Assembly: GCF_000143415.4 (NCBI RefSeq)
Contig: NW_003314550.1
Span: 1 to 13,911, forward strand
Reading direction: 5' to 3'
Source of the DNA: Selaginella moellendorffii
Lineage: Eukaryota > Plantae > Lycopodiophyta
DNA: 13,911 bases
Shown here: piece after piece, positions 7,569 through 13,911 of the stretch
How the letters are laid out: every line of letters starts with the position of its first letter
Position numbering within the stretch: position 1 is the stretch's first letter
The notes under the pieces: generated by a model
Seen by the model: only the letters and a program-made list of their open reading frames with translations
What the model was told of the DNA's origin: nothing
Database searches by the model: none
Made by a program: the position numbers and the translations under genes

Positions 7569-8259
7569 TAAGAACTTGAGTTTTGTCACATTTTCGCGGA
7601 GGATAGATCCGGAAAACTTTGGCAGGGTAGCAGCGTTTGTCTGCGAACTAAAATACAGGTAAACGGTTGTCAGCGGAATAGGGACGGCTGACCCTAGACA
7701 CTCCACGGCTTTTGGAAACTCGAAGAAACTCCACGGGAAAAATCAAGCTATTCAAGAGGCCAGCTCCTTTGGATGATCACAACCTCTGGGTTTGGGGTAG
7801 CCAACTTGTCATTCTCCCAAGACTCTTCCAGGGTATTTCCTAATGAATGCCCCTTAGGTACGGTCTGGCAAAGGGAAAAATTTGATAATATTTAAATGGA
7901 AGCACTTTATCGTACTTTTACCCATGTCTTTTGTAATCGTACCCAACCGTAAGGTCGTATACTTTGTCTCAGACGTGCACATTGGTGTTGGAGACCAGAC
8001 AAGAGCTCATCTATTATGTGTTTGGTTGAAATCCTAATATAAATTCATATATTCCATTTTATTTGGAGTATGTTTCCAAAACGACTTACAAGTAAAAAAT
8101 GCGGGCAATCTGCGTCACTATGACATGCATTGATTTTTTGCTGCCACGTCTGCCATGATATAATGGGACCGCCTGAAATTTCCGCCACCTTTCTTCTTTT
8201 GTCCAACTCCACCTCTCCTTTTATAATTTTACGTGAAAGCCTAATCGGGGTTTCTTAAA

Positions 8260-8279
8260 TAACCGTTGGCATTTATATA
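8260..8279 (+). promoter_or_regulatory. Putative TATA box (TTTATATA, 8272-8279) with an adjacent MYB site TAACCGTT (8260-8267) upstream of the CML gene
   Basis: About 115 nt upstream of ATG 8392 and followed by a pyrimidine-rich (CT) leader. Confidence 0.5.
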
Positions 8280-8391
8280 CAAGAGTGGCTCTTGTGCGTA
8301 AATATTCTCCTCTCTTCCTCTCTTCCCTCTATTAGATTATCGATCTGGAGCCCTCTAGAGCGAGCAATCCCACCTCTAGAACTCATCGCAA

Positions 8392-9180
8392 ATGGCATCG
8401 CGATCGAGGAAGCCCACTCTCGAGCTCCAGATCCCAGCGCCCGACGAGAATCCCATGCTGCTCCCACTGATCGATTTCAACTGGCACTTCCAGTCGATCG
8501 TGTCGCCCAGCGGCAGCTCCAGCGCCTCCCAATCGCCGGTTCTCAGCCCGCGGGGATCGAGCGAGCAGTCCGAGGAGGAGTGCCTGCGCGACGAGTTCTT
8601 GCGCGTCTTCCAGGCGATTGACGAGAATGGCGATGGGCTCATCAGCAAGGAAGAGGTGGGCAAGCTCATGGCGAAGCTGGGCCACGGGATGAGCGATTCC
8701 GACCTGGAGCTCCTCATGCTCACCGTCGATCTCAACGGCGATGGATGCGTGGATTTCGAGGAGTTCCAGGCCCTGTACATTACGAGCGTGGAAGGCGGGC
8801 GCATCGACGGCGGTGGAGGCGTCGGCGGCGGCGGTGGCGACGGTGGCGATGGCGCGGAATCCTCCGACTCTTCTTCTTCTTCTTCCTTTTCCTCTCTGGC
8901 GAATCCCCGCGGCGAGGAGGACGAGGAGGAGAATCTGAGGGATGCGTTCCGGGTGTTCGACCAGAATGGCGATGGATTCATCACCGCCGAGGAACTCCAC
9001 CGCGTGCTCTCCCGCCTGGGATTCATCCAGGGCGCGCGCAGCATTGCCGCTTGCAAGAACATGATCCGGGGGGTGGATTCCAACGGCGATGGGCTGGTCG
9101 ATTTCCTGGAATTTAAAAACATGATGCTGGAGCGCCCATCGCCCAGATCCTACTTCGCGACCATGATCGAGGCGAACTGA
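8392..9180 (+). CDS. Calmodulin-like (CML) Ca2+ sensor with four EF-hands
   Basis: Canonical EF loops DENGDGLISKEE, DLNGDGCVDFEE, DQNGDGFITAEE and DSNGDGLVDFLE. EENLRDAFRVFD and CKNMIRGVD motifs typical of plant CMLs. Intronless, GC-rich, with a Ser-rich N-terminal extension. Confidence 0.96.
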   Translation: MASRSRKPTLELQIPAPDENPMLLPLIDFNWHFQSIVSPSGSSSASQSPVLSPRGSSEQSEEECLRDEFLRVFQAIDENGDGLISKEEVGKLMAKLGHGMSDSDLELLMLTVDLNGDGCVDFEEFQALYITSVEGGRIDGGGGVGGGGGDGGDGAESSDSSSSSSFSSLANPRGEEDEEENLRDAFRVFDQNGDGFITAEELHRVLSRLGFIQGARSIAACKNMIRGVDSNGDGLVDFLEFKNMMLERPSPRSYFATMIEAN

Positions 9181-9463
9181 CAGTTCACGTACGGCAAGAT
9201 TATGCCCCAGGTAATATACGCATATGCTTGATTTTGAATAGAAGCCATTGTATGGTAGAGGGACTTCCCCTTGACAAAACTCGCAGTAGTTCTATGACGT
9301 AAATGTACAATTTTTTTTTTCAGTGTTCTTGCCCGTTAGTTTTGTTCGTCGCTTGCCATCGCGTGAATCTATGCTGCGCTTAAAAATCCCATCCCACCAA
9401 TTCGATCGAAGGCCTCTCTCCCTCCAAAGTTTCAAGCTTCCGAGAAGAAAATAACGCTGCTTA

Positions 9464-12139
9464 TCACTCACCTATGGACGGGAGGCCACTTTTCCCCACT
9501 TTCTCGAGCTCGGCTCGGCCCTCCTCGCTCAAGGACTCCCTCCACTTCTTGCTCACCTGGGACGAAACGTAAACATCGTTAGCGCTTGCGTGGTTCTGTC
9601 TAAACGAGAAAAGGAGAGCTTTGGACGATGGATTTTACCGAAAGCCGCTCGAGCTGCTGGTTCATGGACTGGCGGTGGATTGAAAGATTAACATTTGCTG
9701 CTCTGTGGCGTTCCTGAGCATGCTGTCTCGACTCTAGCAGCCGTCGCACTCTATCGGTCTCCGCCTCGATTTTCTGGAGGATTTGCATCCTCTGGAGAGC
9801 CTGTTTTTGGATCCAAACAAGAACATCAGTGTTGAGAGAAGGGCCCAAGGATTTGAAAAGAAGAGAAAAGAGAGACCTTGACACGTTTGATGTTTTCAAC
9901 TCTCGTTGTCTTGTCCTCAAACTCGATTTGATGCTCGACGGCTCTACGCGCATTGGCCAGTTTCTTTTGCATGATGAAGTTTTGTAATATCATATCAGCT
10001 TCATGAGCCTTGGCTAGGAGTTCCTGTGCGGGCAAACAGAAAAGTTTCTTCGGAGTGAAAGAAGTAAAAAACATGTCCCGTACCTGAACTCTCCGTTCAC
10101 GCTCGTTCTGGGCTTCTCTGATAACTTCCTGTCGCTGCTGTTCCTTCATTTCTTCCTTTCGCCTCTTCTCGGCCTCTAGTTGCCTGTGCCTCTCCTCTTG
10201 CATCTTGAGCTTTATCCTCAGTTCCTGGAAGTGGCAAAGACGTTAGCACAAACATCGGCAGTGGTGCTATCAGTAAAATCGAGCAATAATTCAGCCATCT
10301 GACGATCCAGCCCAGTAGCAGTACTCACTTCCTGCTTGTGCTCATAGTCCGACTGTCGCTTGGCAAGTTGATGAGCGAAGTTTTCGACGACTTGCTGGTG
10401 GCGTTCCTCGGCCAGCCGGCGAGCCTCTGCATTTGCTGCTTGCCTTTCCTTATTTTGTTGCTCCATCACCCGCTGCCTTTCCTGATCTTTCCTCACCATG
10501 TCCTCCTGTCTCTTCCTCAATACCTGCAAAAGAGCAAAAGTTACACACAACTACATGCAGAAAAATGGTACAGACCTCCTGCTGAGCTTCCTGTATCCTT
10601 TCAAGCTGCCGTCGGAATTCCTCCTGTTTTTGCTGTCTCTCTTGCTCTTTCCGCACTGCTTCACGTTGTAGTTGTTTCTGGAGATTAAACAAGCGTTAGG
10701 AACCCATGCATCGAAAACGCAGTCTACGCACCTGACGTTCAGCTTCTATCTGCATTTGCTGCTGTTCACGAGCATATCTCTCCGCAGCCATCTGCCTGCT
10801 CCTCTTTTCCAACGCTTCTTCCTGCGCCAAAGAAAGAATAAGTATGTCTGTGTGTAAGGAGATAACTATCGAGTTTTTCATACCTCCTTGACCTTCTCAA
10901 NNNNNNNNNNNNNNNNNNNNNNNNNNNNNNNNNNNNNNNNNNNNNNNNNNNNNNNNNNNNNNNNNNNNNNNNNNNNNNNNNNNNNNNNNNNNNNNNNNNN
11001 TTTCAGCTTTCTGTCCAGAAGAAAGTTACGAAAATTATCGTGTGATGCTACTGCTTTTGATTTTCAAATACCTTTCTTTCCGCAGTCCTCCTTTCCGCCT
11101 CAACCCGTGCTTGGTTCTCATCGGCCATTTGCTGTTTACGGAAACAGTAAGATGCAACAAATCACTGGAAATCACAGACCTGTCTTTGAGCTTCGTACTT
11201 GGCCATTTGCTCCATCTCTCGCTGCTGCCTTCGACGGAGTGCTTCAATTCTTTTTCTATCCTGCAAAGTACTAGGACAGAGCTTGTTCAATTAACCTTAA
11301 ACAAAACGAGTGACGATCGCGATAGTAGTAAAGAGTGAGTACTGCCGACTGGGCTGTGATCGCTACACGTAAGTCGATTCCCCGAGCAAACAAGACTTGG
11401 AGTTTTTACCCTGTCCATAAGGTCTCTATCCCCTCCGCCCTTGCGCCTTTTCTCGGATGCAGCAGAAGCTCGCGACTTGTCCTCGTCGGACTTTCGTATC
11501 AAGCGTTCTCTTTCCTCTTTCAATCTTTGCAGCTTCTCTGCATTCAGGTCGCTAGGCGATTCACAAACCATTACTTGATATGCGAGATTGGAGGGGTCTG
11601 TACCTCACCTCTTCTTTGAGTTTCATGGTGGTCGTATTTTATCTGCTGGAACTCTCGGCGCATTCCCCTCTCGGCGAAAGTGTCCATTGGCCTTGAAAGT
11701 TTCCAAAGGGCAAAGATAAGAAGAAGCTAGCAGAAAGAAAAGAAATAGCTGGATTTCTCGCCATACCTGTACACCACCTCGCTGGGATCAATTCCAAGAT
11801 GGAGACATGCCTGGAGAGATCTGGGACTTGAAAGCCTGACAGTATGATCTGCGAAGAAAAACGCAGGAAATTTAAAATCGCGTTCCCGCCAAAACGAAAA
11901 ACGCAAAAAAAGACGAGACATACCCGTGACTTCCAGGAGATCATCCAGATTGACGAATTTCTTGTCCCTGGGGGAATGCTTGGCAGCATCGATGGCATGC
12001 TGCGAGGAAGTGATTGGGATTGAATGGATCTATCGGCGAGAGAATCGCAATGTACCTTCCAAGCGCGGAGCATTTGCTCCGTCCATAAATCTGGCGGCAC
12101 GCTGGGATCATTGATGACCGCTCCCGGAGTGTGCGACAT
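9464..12139 (-). CDS. Multi-exon coiled-coil protein, CCDC177/DUF4659-like N-terminal motif; candidate cilium/sperm-associated protein
   Basis: Manually spliced, phase-consistent GT-AG exons: 12139-12056, 11999-11924, 11848-11767, 11691-11609, 11537-11410, 11260-11180, 11131-11072, 11010-(gap)-10884, 10821-10732, 10677-10576, 10523-10329, 10224-10084, 10023-9877, 9800-9639, 9556-9464. The last exon may instead splice at GTGAGT 9471 to a short downstream exon. Product includes VNLDDLLEVTDHTVRLSSPRSLQACLHLGIDPSEVVYRP...YDHHETQRREKLQRLKEERERLI, followed by a long E/Q/R/K-rich helix. Confidence 0.85.
10901..11000. other. Assembly gap (100 N) inside the coiled-coil gene
   Basis: Run of N. Confidence 1.
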
Positions 12140-12181
12140 GGCGCCTCGCCGAAGCAGTTGTCCCTCAGGATTTTTCTCCCG

Positions 12182-12196
12182 AAAACCCTAACCCTA
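12182..12196. promoter_or_regulatory. Telo-box (AAAACCCTAACCCTA) in the 5' region of the coiled-coil gene
   Basis: Double AACCCTA about 45-55 nt upstream of ATG 12139. Confidence 0.6.
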
Positions 12197-12692
12197 GAGA
12201 AGCCAAAAAAAGTTTTTTCTTTTTTTATTTGCCATATTTTGTTTCCACTGGGCCAACCGTGGCGACCCTTGAAGCACGAAACCGTGACGTGGTCCAGTCA
12301 GGGGTTGCCATCGAGCTCACGGGCGTAACGCTGGCGCCGGCCGACATGGTGACGTGTCAGTTAACTCTTGACGGTTGAGCCTTCGGCGAGTTCGTAGTGT
12401 TTAATTTTTCTTTCGTTTCCAGGTCGGTTTGATCTCGTGCTCTCTCTAATTTCTAATTCCTTTTACTCTCGTTGCCACGGGACCACATTCACTGGATGTA
12501 TATGCAGCTTCTTCTTGCTATGCTAAGTTGTGAAGTCTATTTCATTAATCCTCATAAATTGCCTTTTAGGCTAGACTATAGAAAAGATTGACAAGTGGCC
12601 ACTGCAATCAAACAAAAGTTGGAAGCCCATCAATAGGACAAAGGGAGATGAAGGAAACCAGAGGTCCAATTAATATCGTGATGATTAAGGAA

Positions 12693-13028
12693 NNNNNNNN
12701 NNNNNNNNNNNNNNNNNNNNNNNNNNNNNNNNNNNNNNNNNNNNNNNNNNNNNNNNNNNNNNNNNNNNNNNNNNNNNNNNNNNNNNNNNNNNNNNNNNNN
12801 NNNNNNNNNNNNNNNNNNNNNNNNNNNNNNNNNNNNNNNNNNNNNNNNNNNNNNNNNNNNNNNNNNNNNNNNNNNNNNNNNNNNNNNNNNNNNNNNNNNN
12901 NNNNNNNNNNNNNNNNNNNNNNNNNNNNNNNNNNNNNNNNNNNNNNNNNNNNNNNNNNNNNNNNNNNNNNNNNNNNNNNNNNNNNNNNNNNNNNNNNNNN
13001 NNNNNNNNNNNNNNNNNNNNNNNNNNNN
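12693..13028. other. Assembly gap
   Basis: Run of N. Confidence 1.
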
Positions 13029-13620
13029 TGGTAGAAGCATTAGCTAAATAGAATTTAGATGAACTATAAACCAACCTTAAACTTAAATTAAAGCTATAAT
13101 TCTAAAACTAATAAGGGACTTCAAGTGGGTTTAATCTTGAGTTTATTGACACTCTGATGCAAATATATGATACTGGTAAGCATAATTCATAACTTTAAAT
13201 ATTATACCACCTTTTTGTTCATGTTACAGATCTTGTATAAAGGAGGAACATGTAAAATTGTAAATTGCATCACTAATTCCACTAAGTTTGAGCACATTTT
13301 CTTAATCTGATACTATGTTAACAAACCTGGGCAATGTGTGGACCTATTTAACAAAGCAGCAAAACATAACTTAGTTTTATTCAAGCTTAGATCAAGTTTA
13401 CCTGTTATTGTTTTCATAATCCCATTAACCTTGTAGGAATATATTTTAGTGTCTTAGACTCCAAAATCATTGTTAACTCAAGACTCACAACTTATCTAAT
13501 ATTATACATTGAAGTTTGTTTATATTCATTTTTCATATCCTCTTTATCCCTACCTTAAAAGGAAAAAAGAATTTAAAGCATTGATTCTATTTATACTCTT
13601 TGCATTTATCCTTGCTTTAA

Positions 13621-13666
13621 CATGTATATGTATCATGTATATGTATATGTATATGTATCATATATA
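13621..13666. repeat. (ATGTAT)n / TA-rich microsatellite
   Basis: CATGTATATGTATCATGTATATGTATATGTATATGTATCATATATA. Confidence 0.85.
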
Positions 13667-13911
13667 TTCAGCCTCACTTCACTATCATATGCACTTGGAA
13701 ACACAAAAAGAAAGAAAATATATTCAAGAGAAAAACTCCTATACTCTCAAGAGAATTGAAGAATTCTCCAATGGTAATGGTAAAACAAAAACTTCTAAAA
13801 ATATTCACATTATGATTTAACCTTTGAAATAAGAAATTACTCAAAGTTAGGAAGCTACTCAAAGCTACTAAAGAAAAAAGCTAGGAAAGAACAAAAGGTA
13901 GAGAAAAAAGA

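Larger units (their letters stand above)
1..7871. repeat. Tandem segmental duplication of the LRR-tRNA-PPR cassette (unit A visible 1-~2780; matching part of unit B ~5218-7871)
   Basis: Collinear homology covers the LRR CDS, intergenic DNA (GATCTTATCTACAGGGAT..GTTCTTAATTGCTGTCGGTGTCAGCC), tRNA, PPR and 3' flank (GTAAACGGTTGTCAGC; ACGGTCTGGCAA at ~2769 and ~7860). Confidence 0.93.

Noticed and set aside
1-7871. Duplication as an artefact of two haplotypes assembled in tandem
   Set aside because: The PPR, tRNA and intergenic parts differ by many large indels, more than expected for alleles, and no gap lies between the units. It cannot be fully excluded without reads.
8376-9122. 248-aa and 205-aa - strand ORFs (Pro-rich) and alternative + frames
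   Set aside because: By-products of the GC-rich CML coding sequence and its GGC repeats.
11639-12139. 166-aa unspliced ORF as a stand-alone gene
   Set aside because: Only the first 28 codons are in the true frame; the rest reads through introns and out-of-frame exons of the coiled-coil gene.
12588-13074. ORFs spanning the N gap, and the 103-aa ORF at 13509-13820
   Set aside because: Artefacts of N runs or of low-complexity AT-rich and microsatellite sequence.

Overview
Eukaryotic land-plant DNA. Tiny GT-AG introns (48-149 nt), an SS-rich PLS-type PPR gene and high gene density suggest a lycophyte such as Selaginella (inference). The left ~7.9 kb is a tandem duplication (offset ~5.1-5.5 kb) of a cassette: secreted LRR gene (-), tRNA-Ser(GCT) (+) and PLS-PPR gene (+). 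A decayed Ty1/copia RT-RNaseH remnant separates the two units. The units degenerated reciprocally: unit A has an open PPR ORF but a tRNA with its anticodon arm deleted, while unit B has an intact tRNA but a fragmented PPR. To the right are an intronless four-EF-hand calmodulin-like gene (+) and, converging on it, a ~15-exon coiled-coil gene (-). That gene carries a CCDC177/DUF4659-like 'SPRSLxAC' motif and has clustered AACCG (DUO1-type MYB) cores upstream. Two assembly gaps are present, and the window ends in an AT-rich tail with no CpG.
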